Below the pieces are notes generated by a model. It ran no database searches. It was not told the origin of the DNA and saw only the letters and a list, made by a program, of their open reading frames with translations. Positions 21,273 through 29,640 of a stretch of DNA of 64,000 nt are shown here, piece by piece (within the stretch, counting starts at the first letter, position 1; each line of letters opens with the position of its first letter). Both the position numbers and the translations under genes were made by a program. Source of the stretch: Actinomycetota bacterium (GTDB lineage: Bacteria > Actinomycetota > CALGFH01 > JBBAAN01); the NCBI GenBank assembly GCA_041658225.1, contig JBBAAN010000004.1:2945-66944 (forward strand), given 5' to 3'.

Positions 21273-21590
21273 TCAGGAAGTCGGGTCGAGAACGCGGCCC
21301 ATGAACAGGACCGACCCGGTGGCCCGGTCACGGATGAGGAAGAGGAACGGGCGGTCGATCGCCATGGTCGCGTGCCCCAGCGTTGCGGATCCCGCCTTTG
21401 CCACGACCGCGGTGGCGGCGGCCGCCTCAGTCCCGTGCTCGTCTACCGAGATGAACCCCTTGTGCAGAACCGCGTCCACGTATAGTTCCCGGATCTCTGT
21501 CATCCCCGTGAAGTCGGCACCGCTGTTTCCCATCGGAGGCACGAACGCAGTCGGCATCCCGAGGGCGCTCAGCGCGTCGTTCAGCGATGC
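21273..21590 (-). pseudogene. Serpin (serine protease inhibitor) C-terminal fragment of about 100 codons: hinge/reactive-centre loop plus s4B-s5B; no N-terminal 300 aa
   Basis: GADFTGM..HKGFISVDEHGTEAAAATAV..IDRPFLFLIRDRATGSVLFMGRVLDP is the diagnostic serpin C-terminus with an inhibitory-type hinge. No in-frame start upstream except ATG 21557. The upstream space is occupied by yajQ. Confidence 0.6.
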
Positions 21591-21706
21591 CGTCGCTTTC
21601 TGGCCGACCCAAGCGTTCTCAATGTGGTTCGTTTGGCGACCGGCATGGAGGGTGGAGCCTACTGTCAGCTCACCCCAGATGACATGCGCCCTGCTGGCGA
21701 CAAGGG

Positions 21707-22195
21707 CTACCGGTAGTTCACGAACTGAAGCGGGATGGCGTAGTCGGCCTCTTTCAGTTGGGCGATGGCGCGCTGAAGCTCGTCGCGGCTCTTGCTCGAC
21801 ACGCGGACCTGGTCATCCTGGATCTGGACCTGGACCTTCAGCCCGGTGCGCTTCAGGTCCTTGACCATGGCCCGGCCCTTTTCCTGGTCGATGCCCTGGA
21901 CGATCTTGATCTCCAGGCGGTAGGTGCTGCCCGCGGCCGGCTTGGGCTCTTCGTGGTCCAGCGCCTTCAGGGAGATCTCGCGGCGCACCAGCCGCTCCTT
22001 GAACACTTCGAAAGCCGCCTTGACCTTGGCCTCGGTGGCCGAGCGGATCTCGATCTGCTCGCCGGACCAGGCTATCGACGTGCCGGTGTCCTTGAAGTCG
22101 AAGCGCTGGGAGACCTCCTTTCGTGCCTGGTTGAGCGCGTTGTCGACCTCTTGGCGGTCCACTTGCGAGACCACGTCAAAGGAGTTGTCTGCCAC
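21707..22195 (-). CDS. yajQ: YajQ-family nucleotide-binding protein (UPF0234)
   Basis: MADNSFDVVSQVDRQEVDNALNQARKEVSQRFDFKDTG..; size and profile match YajQ. Confidence 0.85.
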   Translation of the reverse strand: MADNSFDVVSQVDRQEVDNALNQARKEVSQRFDFKDTGTSIAWSGEQIEIRSATEAKVKAAFEVFKERLVRREISLKALDHEEPKPAAGSTYRLEIKIVQGIDQEKGRAMVKDLKRTGLKVQVQIQDDQVRVSSKSRDELQRAIAQLKEADYAIPLQFVNYR

Positions 22196-22321
22196 CTTGA
22201 ATACCTCCCGCTCGCCCTGCCGATACTGCGGCGTAGCGTAGGGTCAGCGACGGGGTTCTGTCCATCGGCAAGGCGGGGGAAACCGCCGTGGATGCCGGTG
22301 AGCGGACGATGCCGGTCCCGG

Positions 22322-22350
22322 TTGCCGGGTTCGGGCACCGTGTGTATCCT
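22322..22350 (+). promoter_or_regulatory. Sigma-70-type promoter TTGCCG-N17-TATCCT upstream of the tRNA-Tyr/Thr/Met-tuf cluster
   Basis: 17-bp spacer; -10 identical to those in front of rpoB and rpsL; 30 nt before the tRNA-Tyr 5' end. Confidence 0.5.
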
Positions 22351-22380
22351 TGCCCGGCGAGGTCCCTTGTGGGCTTCCAT

Positions 22381-22462
22381 GGTGGGGTGCCCGAGTGGCC
22401 AAAGGGAGCGGTCTGTAAAATCGTCGGCGCAGCCTACGGAGGTTCGAATCCTCCCCCCACCA
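22381..22462 (+). tRNA. tRNA-Tyr (anticodon GTA), class II with long variable arm
   Basis: 7-bp acceptor GGTGGGG/CCCCACC, anticodon loop CTGTAAA, T-arm GGAGG TTCGAAT CCTCC. Confidence 0.85.
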
Positions 22463-22468
22463 CTGCGT

Positions 22469-22541
22469 GCCCCCTTAGCTCAGTCGGCAGAGCGTTTCCT
22501 TGGTAAGGAAAAGGTCGGCGGTCCGATTCCGCCAGGGGGCT
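22469..22541 (+). tRNA. tRNA-Thr (anticodon GGT)
   Basis: GCCCCCT acceptor, GCTCAGTCGGCAGAGC D-arm, anticodon loop TTGGTAA. Confidence 0.85.
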
Positions 22542-22567
22542 CTCCACCGGACGAGGAGTCCGGTTGG

Positions 22568-22640
22568 GGCGGTGTAGCTCAGGTGGTAGAGCAAGCGGCT
22601 CATAATCGCTGTGTCGCAGGTTCGAGTCCTGCCACCGCTA
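22568..22640 (+). tRNA. tRNA-Met, elongator type (anticodon CAT)
   Basis: Anticodon loop CTCATAA; the anticodon stem lacks the three G-C pairs of an initiator; T-loop GGTTCGAGTCC. Confidence 0.75.
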
Positions 22641-22711
22641 CGAAAGGTGCTGGGCGCGAGTACCTCCCGGCCGGGGCGAAGCCGGCCGGGCCCGGTGGGA
22701 GGGCCCGGAGG

Positions 22712-23964
22712 GCGAGGGGAGTAGGAGGAAGCGATGGCCAAGAAGAAGTTCGAGCGCACCAAGCCTCACGTGAACATCGGCACGATCGGTCACATCGACC
22801 ACGGTAAGACCACGCTCACGGCGGCCATCACCAAGGTGCTGCACGAGACCAACCCCAACGTGGAGTTCACCGCCTTCGACCAGATCGACAAGGCTCCTGA
22901 GGAGAAGGCGCGAGGCATCACCATCGCCATCGCCCACGTGGAGTACGAGACGGCCAACCGCCACTACGCCCACGTGGACTGCCCCGGGCATGCCGACTAC
23001 ATCAAGAACATGATCACCGGCGCCGCCCAGATGGACGGGGCGGTCCTGGTGGTCTCCGCCGCCGACGGCCCCATGCCCCAGACCCGTGAGCACGTCCTGC
23101 TCGCCCGTCAGGTCGGGGTTCCCTCGATCGTGGTCTATTTGAACAAGACCGACATGGTCGACGACCCCGAGCTGATCGAGCTGGTGGAGCTTGAGGTCAG
23201 GGAGCTTCTTTCAAGCTATGAGTTCCCCGGCGACGAGATCCCCGTGGTCAAGGGCTCTGCCCTAAAGGCCCTTGAGGGCGACGCCGAGGCCGCCAAGAGC
23301 ATCATGGAGCTGCTTGACGCCTGCGACTCCTACATCCCCGAGCCGGCCAGAGACGTCGACAAGCCCTTCCTGATGCCCATCGAGGACGTGTTCACCATCA
23401 CCGGTCGCGGCACCGTGGTAACGGGGAAAGTGGACCGGGGAATCATTCGCGTCTCCGAAGAGGTCGAGATCGTGGGCATTCGTCCCAAGATCGACAAGAC
23501 CGTGGTCACCGGCGTCGAGATGTTCAGGAAGCTCCTTGACGAAGGAAGGGCCGGAGACAACATCGGGGTGCTGCTCAGAGGCACCAAGAAGGACGAGGTG
23601 GAGCGCGGCCAGGTGCTTGCCAAGCCCGGCTCCATCACCCCCCACACCAACTTCGAGGCCCAGGTCTACATCCTTTCCAAGGATGAAGGTGGCCGCCACA
23701 CCCCGTTCTTCAACGGCTACCGTCCCCAGTTCTACTTCCGAACCACCGACGTCACCGGCGTGGTCACCCTGCCCGGCGGCGCCGAGGCCATGGTCATGCC
23801 GGGCGACAACACCGATATGACCGTAGAGCTGATCTCCCCCATCGCCATGGAGGAGGGACTCAAGTTTGCCATCCGCGAGGGTGGGCGCACCGTGGGTGCG
23901 GGAAGAGTGATCAAGATCATCAAGTGAGCTTGCCGGGAGACCGGTGAGCGTCCCGAGCACCGCC
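22712..23964 (+). repeat. 1253-bp segment identical (4 mismatches in the 5' UTR) to 40318-41570: tuf plus 22 bp upstream plus 37 bp downstream
   Basis: All six-frame ORF translations across both tuf copies are identical. Flanking identity ends sharply at 22711/40317 and 23965/41571. Confidence 0.85.
22734..23927 (+). CDS. tuf: Elongation factor Tu (copy 1)
   Basis: 397 aa ([26 protein letters not shown]); protein identical to copy 2. Confidence 0.97.
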   Translation: MAKKKFERTKPHVNIGTIGHIDHGKTTLTAAITKVLHETNPNVEFTAFDQIDKAPEEKARGITIAIAHVEYETANRHYAHVDCPGHADYIKNMITGAAQMDGAVLVVSAADGPMPQTREHVLLARQVGVPSIVVYLNKTDMVDDPELIELVELEVRELLSSYEFPGDEIPVVKGSALKALEGDAEAAKSIMELLDACDSYIPEPARDVDKPFLMPIEDVFTITGRGTVVTGKVDRGIIRVSEEVEIVGIRPKIDKTVVTGVEMFRKLLDEGRAGDNIGVLLRGTKKDEVERGQVLAKPGSITPHTNFEAQVYILSKDEGGRHTPFFNGYRPQFYFRTTDVTGVVTLPGGAEAMVMPGDNTDMTVELISPIAMEEGLKFAIREGGRTVGAGRVIKIIK

Positions 23965-23997
23965 ACGTCGGGTGGCAAGAGAAGAGGGCAGTAGCAG

Positions 23998-24162
23998 ATG
24001 GCCAAGAGCGACGTTCGGCCGAAGATCACTTTGGCGTGCACAGAGTGCAAGCGGCGCAACTACATCAGCACGAAGAACCGGCGCAACGACCCGGACCGGA
24101 TGGAGATCAAGAAGTACTGCCGCTGGTGCGGCAAGCACACCCCGCACCGCGAGACTCGCTGA
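23998..24162 (+). CDS. rpmG: 50S ribosomal protein L33 (Cys4 zinc-ribbon type)
   Basis: 54 aa [44 protein letters not shown]. Confidence 0.9.
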   Translation: MAKSDVRPKITLACTECKRRNYISTKNRRNDPDRMEIKKYCRWCGKHTPHRETR

Positions 24163-24210
24163 CCGGCACAGACAGGCGGGGATCCTTCCAGTGAAGGGGG
24201 AGATGCGAGC

Positions 24211-24669
24211 ATGGCGATGAACAAGGCTTTGATCGGCAAGACCTATCCGGAGACCCGGGTCTACGAGGTGGGACGAGAGAAGATCAGGGAGTTCGCCATC
24301 GCCGTGGGAGAGGACAACCCGATCTGCCACGACGAGGCGGCGGCCAAAGCCGCGGGTCACCCGGACCTGGTGGCGCCCCCGACCTTCGCGGTCGTCATGG
24401 GGACCCTGTACGCCGCTCCGGCAATCGGGGACCCGGACCTCGGGATCAACTACGCCATGATCGTGCACGGAGAGCAGGAGTTCGAGCTTGCCCGCCCCAT
24501 CTACGCCGGCGACCGGATCGTGATCCGTCCGAGGATCGCCGACATCGCCGTCAAGGGCCGCAACGAGCTCATTACCGTGGAAGGAGAGATGGTGAGTGAG
24601 CAGGGTGAGCGCATTGGGGTGGCCAAGATGACCCTGGTCTCCAGGGGGACTGCGGAGGAGGGAGCCTAG
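24211..24669 (+). CDS. hadA: MaoC-like (3R)-hydroxyacyl-ACP dehydratase subunit, HadA-like
   Basis: Hot-dog fold; EKIREFAIAVGEDNP; conserved actinobacterial position between rpmG and tRNA-Trp/secE. Confidence 0.7.
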   Translation: MAMNKALIGKTYPETRVYEVGREKIREFAIAVGEDNPICHDEAAAKAAGHPDLVAPPTFAVVMGTLYAAPAIGDPDLGINYAMIVHGEQEFELARPIYAGDRIVIRPRIADIAVKGRNELITVEGEMVSEQGERIGVAKMTLVSRGTAEEGA

Positions 24670-24670
24670 G

Positions 24671-25099
24671 ATGGCGGCCAAGATCAGCTATGACGAGGTG
24701 ACCGTCGGTCAGGAGCTTCCGGGGATTTCCTACCCCGTGGAGCGGATGAACCTGGTTATGTACGCGGGGGCTTCGGGAGACTTCAACCCCATCCACTGGA
24801 ACGAGTCCTTTGCCAAGATGGTGGGCCTGCCCGACGTCATCTCTCACGGCATGTTCAACATGGGCTCTTGCGCGAAGTTGATCACCAACTGGGTGGGCGA
24901 CCCGGCGGCCGTGCGCCGATACAAGGTCAGGTTCTCCAAGCCCGTCGTGGTTCCCAACGAGGGCGGCAACTCGGTATCCGCCAAGGCCAAGGTCGTGGAG
25001 AAGCTGGACGGCAAGCGGGTGGCGATCGAGCTCTCGGCAGAGAACGCCCAGGGCGATCAGATCATCTCCAACGGCGTGGTCGAGGTGGAACTGGCCTAG
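24671..25099 (+). CDS. hadB: MaoC-like (3R)-hydroxyacyl-ACP dehydratase subunit, HadB-like
   Basis: YAGASGDFNPIHWNESFAKMVGLPDVISHGMF..WVGDPAAV matches the HadB/MaoC dehydratase signature. Confidence 0.75.
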   Translation: MAAKISYDEVTVGQELPGISYPVERMNLVMYAGASGDFNPIHWNESFAKMVGLPDVISHGMFNMGSCAKLITNWVGDPAAVRRYKVRFSKPVVVPNEGGNSVSAKAKVVEKLDGKRVAIELSAENAQGDQIISNGVVEVELA

Positions 25100-25174
25100 C
25101 CGGGGGCAACTCGAGAAGCGTCCGAGGGCCCGGCGCAAAGGCGGCTCAACGCACCCCCGCACCGGGCCTCTCGA

Positions 25175-25203
25175 TTGACACGCGCGATGCCGGTCCTTAC
25201 GCT
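25175..25203 (+). promoter_or_regulatory. Promoter TTGACA-N17-TACGCT upstream of tRNA-Trp/secE/nusG
   Basis: Consensus -35, 17-bp spacer, -10 TACGCT, 100 nt before tRNA-Trp. Confidence 0.5.
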
Positions 25204-25303
25204 AGCGGTTCGCGCCTGCGGTACGGGCTTTCTTGGCATGGCGGCCCCGCCTAGAATGGGTTTCGGTCGCCTGCCGGATGGTTCGTGATCGCCAGTAGGC
25301 TGA

Positions 25304-25376
25304 AGGCCAGTAGCTCAATTGGCAGAGTCCCGGTCTCCAAAACCGGTGGTTGGGGGTTCGAGTCCCTCCTGGCCTG
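25304..25376 (+). tRNA. tRNA-Trp (anticodon CCA), 3' CCA encoded
   Basis: AGGCCAG/CTGGCCT acceptor, anticodon loop CTCCAAA, followed by CCA. Confidence 0.85.
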
Positions 25377-25460
25377 CCACGCTGGGAAGTCCCACTTGGA
25401 CCTTCGAAGCGGCGTGAGACGGGCTTGGGAACGGGTGACGAGGGCGAGGCGGTAAACAGA

Positions 25461-25751
25461 ATGAACCGCGAGATGAAGCGGATGATGCAGAAGGGCAAGC
25501 AGGCCAAGCCTGCGGCTGCGCCCCGCCGTGCTGCCACTCCTGGGGCTCCCAAGAAGCCCCGCACCAAGCCGTCGGAGTTCATCCGCGAGGTGCGGGCGGA
25601 GCTGAAGAAGGTCAACTGGCCCAGCCGCCGGGAGGTCGGTGCCTACACCGCGGTGGTGCTGGTGAGCGTGGTGGCCATCACGGTCTATATCTTCGGTTTG
25701 GACACCATGTTCGGGAAGCTGGTCCTGCTGGTGTTCGGGAAGGGCGCCTAA
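25461..25751 (+). CDS. secE: Preprotein translocase subunit SecE
   Basis: 96 aa with a basic N-terminus, FIREVRAELKKVNWPSRREV and a single TM helix. Confidence 0.88.
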   Translation: MNREMKRMMQKGKQAKPAAAPRRAATPGAPKKPRTKPSEFIREVRAELKKVNWPSRREVGAYTAVVLVSVVAITVYIFGLDTMFGKLVLLVFGKGA

Positions 25752-26528
25752 GTGAGCGAGATGCAGGTGGGGGAGGAAGCGGCCACGTCGGGCGCTGAAG
25801 AGAGCGCGGCCGGTGTGACCGCTGCGGAACCTACCGTCGAGTCCGTGGTGGAGGAGGAGCCGGTGGCCGTGGAGGAAGTGGCTGAGGCGAAGACGTCCAC
25901 AGAGCCCGAGGTTCCTGCCGCCGAGCCTGAAGCGGAGCGCGCCTCCGACGAGACCGCGCCGGGGGAAGAGGCCGAAGAGCCCGGCGAGATCCCTCCCGCG
26001 GAGCGCGAAGGCTTCTGGTTTGTCGTGCACACCTACGCCGGTTACGAGAACAAGGTGAAGGCGAACCTCCAGACGCGGATCACCTCGATGAACATGGAAG
26101 AGAAGATCTTCGAGGTCGTCATCCCGATGGAGGAGGTCGTCGAGTTCAAGTCCGGCAAGAAACAGCTCGTGCAACGCAAGGTTTTCCCGGGCTACCTTCT
26201 GGTGCGCATGCACCTGGACGACGACTCCTGGTACGTGGTGCGCAACACCCCGGGTGTGACCGGGTTCGTCGGATCGGGCGCCAAGCCCACCCCGCTCTCT
26301 TCCCGGGAGGTCTCGCGGATCCTGGAGACCAAACCGGCGGAGCGGCCTCGTGCGCGAGTCGAGTTCGAGGTCGGCGAGTCGATCACCGTGGTTTCCGGCC
26401 CGTTCGCGAACTTGCCGGGCAGCATCAACGAGATCAACGTTGACCAGCAGAAGCTCAAAGTGCTGGTCTCGATCTTCGGCCGGGAGACCCCGGTCGAGCT
26501 TTCCTTCGATCAGGTCACCAAGCTCTAG
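25752..26528 (+). CDS. nusG: Transcription antiterminator NusG with acidic N-terminal extension
   Basis: GTG overlaps the secE stop. NGN domain ([14 protein letters not shown]) and KOW ([17 protein letters not shown]). Confidence 0.93.
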   Translation: MSEMQVGEEAATSGAEESAAGVTAAEPTVESVVEEEPVAVEEVAEAKTSTEPEVPAAEPEAERASDETAPGEEAEEPGEIPPAEREGFWFVVHTYAGYENKVKANLQTRITSMNMEEKIFEVVIPMEEVVEFKSGKKQLVQRKVFPGYLLVRMHLDDDSWYVVRNTPGVTGFVGSGAKPTPLSSREVSRILETKPAERPRARVEFEVGESITVVSGPFANLPGSINEINVDQQKLKVLVSIFGRETPVELSFDQVTKL

Positions 26529-26560
26529 TGTGGTGTGCCCGAGTTCGCCGTACACATCAC
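26528..26560. repeat. Degenerate left-arm copy of the stop-codon-adjacent repeat (GTGTGGTGTGCCCGAGTTCGCCGTACACA), sharing the G of the nusG TAG stop
   Basis: 27 of 33 positions identical to the left end of the 28696 copy; the right arm is not recognisable. Confidence 0.5.
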
Positions 26561-26627
26561 TAAGTCGGCAACGTGACGCCGGAACTCCCTGGGAGCCCAG
26601 GCGTTCGCAAAGCGAGGAAGGAACGAG

Positions 26628-27065
26628 ATGGCGGCACCCAAGCGCAAGAAGGTTCTCGCCGTAGTCAAGCTGCAGATTCATGCGGGACAGGCCACGCCGG
26701 CTCCCCCGGTGGGTCCGGCTCTGGGTCAGCACGCGGTCAACATCATGGAGTTCTGCAAGCAGTACAACGCGGCGACCCAGGCCCAGACGGGCACGGTGGT
26801 TCCGGTCGAGATCACCGTCTACGAGGACCGCTCGTTCTCGTTCGTCACCAAGACCCCGCCGGCTCCAGTTCTGCTGATCAAGGCGGCCGGCGTCGAGAAG
26901 GGCTCCGGCGTTCCCAACCGCACCAAGGTCGGCCGCGTGACGCGGGCGCAGGTGCGCGAGATCGCCGAGCACAAGATGCCGGACTTGAACGCCACTTCCG
27001 TTGAGGGCGCCATGCGCACCATCGAGGGAACCGCTCGATCCATGGGGATCGAGGTCGTCGAGTAG
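26628..27065 (+). CDS. rplK: 50S ribosomal protein L11
   Basis: Full-length match to L11 ([23 protein letters not shown]). Confidence 0.95.
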   Translation: MAAPKRKKVLAVVKLQIHAGQATPAPPVGPALGQHAVNIMEFCKQYNAATQAQTGTVVPVEITVYEDRSFSFVTKTPPAPVLLIKAAGVEKGSGVPNRTKVGRVTRAQVREIAEHKMPDLNATSVEGAMRTIEGTARSMGIEVVE

Positions 27066-27232
27066 AGTGCTGCTCCCCGCGAATGCGGCGGCATTCGAGC
27101 CTTGCCGCATTCTCGCTGGCGCTGCCGGTGCGCACCGCACCCACGGAGCCCGGCCCCGTCACTCGTAGTTCGCGACGACGCACAGTGGGAGGCCCGGAGA
27201 GCCCGGGCCGCTGACCACAGGAGGACAGAGTC

Positions 27233-27949
27233 ATGCAGCACGGCAAACGCTACGTCGAGGCCGCGTCCAAGGTCGACCGCAATCTCCTCATGCATCCGGT
27301 GGACGCGATCCGGCTGGTCAAGGAAACCAACGTCACCAAGTTCGACGCCACGATCGACATTGCCCTGCGCTTGGGCATCGACCCGCGCAAGGCCGACCAG
27401 ATGGTCCGCGGCACCGTCAGTCTTCCCCACGGCACCGGCAAGACCGTCAGGGTCGCCGTGTTCGCCGCGGGCGACAAGGCCCGGGAGGCCACCGAGGCCG
27501 GTGCCGACGTGGTCGGCGAGAAGGACCTGGTGGAGCGGGTCGGGAAGGGCTTCCTCGACTTCGACGTGGCGGTGGCCACGCCCGACCTCATGGGTCAGCT
27601 CGGCAAGCTCGGCAAGCTCCTCGGCCCCCGCGGCCTCATGCCCAACCCGAAGTCGGGAACGGTGACCAACGATGTCGGCAAGGCCGTCAGGGAGATCAAG
27701 GCCGGCAAGCTCGAGTACCGGGCCGACCGCCAGGGCAACCTTCACCTGGTGATCGGCAAGGTCTCCTTCGAGCACAGGGCGTTGGTGGAGAACTACCAGG
27801 CCGTCCTCGAGGAGATCTCGCGGGCGAAGCCGTCGGCCGCCAAGGGACGCTACCTCAAGTCCATCACCCTCTCGGCGACCATGGGCCCCGGCGTGAAGGT
27901 CGATCCGAGCAAGGTGCGCGAGCTGTGGCCGGAAGAGGCCGGCTCGTAA
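27233..27949 (+). CDS. rplA: 50S ribosomal protein L1
   Basis: 238 aa with typical L1 motifs. Confidence 0.95.
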   Translation: MQHGKRYVEAASKVDRNLLMHPVDAIRLVKETNVTKFDATIDIALRLGIDPRKADQMVRGTVSLPHGTGKTVRVAVFAAGDKAREATEAGADVVGEKDLVERVGKGFLDFDVAVATPDLMGQLGKLGKLLGPRGLMPNPKSGTVTNDVGKAVREIKAGKLEYRADRQGNLHLVIGKVSFEHRALVENYQAVLEEISRAKPSAAKGRYLKSITLSATMGPGVKVDPSKVRELWPEEAGS

Positions 27950-28081
27950 GCCGCGAGTTTCGGTTGACGACTCCCGGCCGGGCCCGCTATCCTTGCTCCT
28001 TGCCGAATACCGCACGGTGGCCGTAACGGCCCCAAGGCCCCTCGGGGCGCCTGCGCAGGCGTGATGGTCGAGATTCTCCGG

Positions 28082-28107
28082 CCTCCCGCTGTCGGCGGGA
28101 GGTTTTT
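28082..28107 (+). terminator. Attenuator in the rplJ leader: GC hairpin CCTCCCGC-TGTCG-GCGGGAGG followed by TTTTT
   Basis: 8-bp perfect stem plus a T5 tract 40 nt upstream of the rplJ start, in the position of the actinobacterial L10-leader element. Confidence 0.6.
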
Positions 28108-28146
28108 CGTTTAGCGGAAATTCGTGTAGCGGAAAGGGGTGAGGCA

Positions 28147-28695
28147 ATGCCCACACCGGCCAAAGTCGCCGAGGTGCAGGAGATCAAGGATCTCCTGTCC
28201 TCGTCGCGGGCAACGCTGCTCACCGAGTACCGGGGCTTGAAGGTCTCGGACTTGAAAGAGCTGCGCACCGCCCTGCGGAGCAAGGCCGGCGCCGAGTACC
28301 GGGTTGTCAAGAACACCCTGGCTGCCATCGCCGCGCGCGAGGCAGGTATGGAGGGGCTGGCTCCGATGCTGGAGGGGCCCACGGCGCTGGCGTTCGTCTC
28401 GGGCGACCCGGTTGAAGCGGCCAAGGCGCTGGCCGAATTCTCCAAGCGCTTACCGGCTCTGGTCATCCGGGGCGGGGTATTCGAGGGCAAGGTAATCGGC
28501 GTCGAAGAAGTGCGGACCTTGGCCACGCTGGAGACCCGCGAGGTGCTCTTGGCCAAGTTGGCCGGCGCTGCCCTGGCGGCCCTGGCTCGGGCTGCGGGGA
28601 TGTTCCAGGCCCCACTCTCGCAGATGGCTCGCCTGGCGGCGGCCCTGAGGGACGAGGCGGGCAAGAGCGCTCCCGCGCCGCAGCCGAGCGGCTAA
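28147..28695 (+). CDS. rplJ: 50S ribosomal protein L10
   Basis: 182 aa matching L10. Confidence 0.93.
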   Translation: MPTPAKVAEVQEIKDLLSSSRATLLTEYRGLKVSDLKELRTALRSKAGAEYRVVKNTLAAIAAREAGMEGLAPMLEGPTALAFVSGDPVEAAKALAEFSKRLPALVIRGGVFEGKVIGVEEVRTLATLETREVLLAKLAGAALAALARAAGMFQAPLSQMARLAAALRDEAGKSAPAPQPSG

Positions 28696-28856
28696 GTGTG
28701 GTGCGTCCGAATTCCCTGTACACACCGAGGGCGCGGGTGCGCCCGAAGCGCAAGGCGCGAGGAGGGCGCGTACCTGTAGGTATGCAACCGACGAGCAACG
28801 CAGCGATTCGGGATGCGGACGCGACCGAATGTAAGGGAACTTCGGGCGCACCACAC
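28696..28856. repeat. Full-length (161 bp) copy of the inverted-repeat element, filling most of the unusually long rplJ-rplL spacer
   Basis: Termini GTGTGGTGCG ... CGCACCACAC are inverted. The ends match the 8194 and 26528 copies. It begins 1 nt after the rplJ TAA. Confidence 0.7.
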
Positions 28857-28961
28857 TAGTAGTAGGAACACGATGCCGGCGGCGCGAGGCGCCGATCGGC
28901 CTGGAAACGGATTGGATCGCGGGCTTGACCGCCCGCCCGGGGCCCAGGGAGGCACCTAGAG

Positions 28962-29354
28962 ATGGCAAAGCTAACCACTACCGAGATACTGGAAAGCTTC
29001 AAGGAGATGACGCTCCTCGATCTGTCCGAGTTCGTCAAGCTTTTCGAGGAGACGTTCGGGGTCACCGCGGCGGCGCCGGTTGCCGTCGCGGCAGCGGGCG
29101 GAGCGGCAGCGGGCGGAGCGGCAGCCGAGGAAGTCGAGGAGCAGACGGAGTTCGACGTCATTCTCCTCGGGGCCGGCGAGAAGAAGATCCAGGTCATCAA
29201 GGAAGTCCGGGCGCTGACGACCCTCGGCCTGGCCGAGGCCAAGGCCCTGGTGGACGGCGCGCCGAAGCCGGTTCTCGAGCACGTTGCCAAGGAGCAGGCC
29301 GACAAGGCCAAGGCCCAGCTCGAGAGCGCGGGCGCGACCGTGGAGATCAAGTAG
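28962..29354 (+). CDS. rplL: 50S ribosomal protein L7/L12
   Basis: 130 aa with an Ala/Gly hinge and C-terminal domain. Confidence 0.95.
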   Translation: MAKLTTTEILESFKEMTLLDLSEFVKLFEETFGVTAAAPVAVAAAGGAAAGGAAAEEVEEQTEFDVILLGAGEKKIQVIKEVRALTTLGLAEAKALVDGAPKPVLEHVAKEQADKAKAQLESAGATVEIK

Positions 29355-29440
29355 GCTTCGATCCGGTCCGGGGAAAATCGACCCTCCCCGGGGAAGCCGC
29401 GGGGCCGGGTGGGCATCGCCCGCGGGAAGACCCCGAAACC

Positions 29441-29469
29441 TTGACTCGCGCGGGAGGCGACCCTATCCT
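29441..29469 (+). promoter_or_regulatory. rpoB promoter P1: TTGACT-N17-TATCCT
   Basis: Canonical spacing; 170 nt upstream of the rpoB start. Confidence 0.5.
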
Positions 29470-29517
29470 GCATTGCAGAGAAGTGGACATGCCATCTGTT
29501 GCGCACGTGACCGCTTG

Positions 29518-29546
29518 TTGACGGCGGTGTAGCTGATTGCTATGCT
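29518..29546 (+). promoter_or_regulatory. rpoB promoter P2: TTGACG-N17-TATGCT
   Basis: Second tandem promoter, 95 nt upstream of the rpoB start. Confidence 0.5.
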
Positions 29547-29640
29547 GTCCTTTTGCCATGTCACCCCTCGAAAAGCCCCCGGTGGATCTGTTGTCCCTTG
29601 AGCCGACTGGTTGCTTTTTCGTCCAGAGGAGGGACGCCTC

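Noticed and set aside
21186-21864. Plus-strand ORFs of 99 and 187 aa between the DUF4342 gene and yajQ
   Set aside because: They lie opposite the serpin remnant and the yajQ 3' end and have no domain signal. They were treated as non-coding.
22568-22640. tRNA-Met as the initiator tRNA
   Set aside because: The anticodon stem lacks the three consecutive G-C pairs, and the 1-72 pair is G-U rather than the C-A mismatch of tRNA-fMet. It was called as elongator.
29611-29640. ATG 29611 as the rpoB start (ORF-track start)
   Set aside because: No RBS. The TTG at 29641 sits right behind AGAGGAGGGA and yields the conserved actinobacterial N-terminus ([11 protein letters not shown]..).
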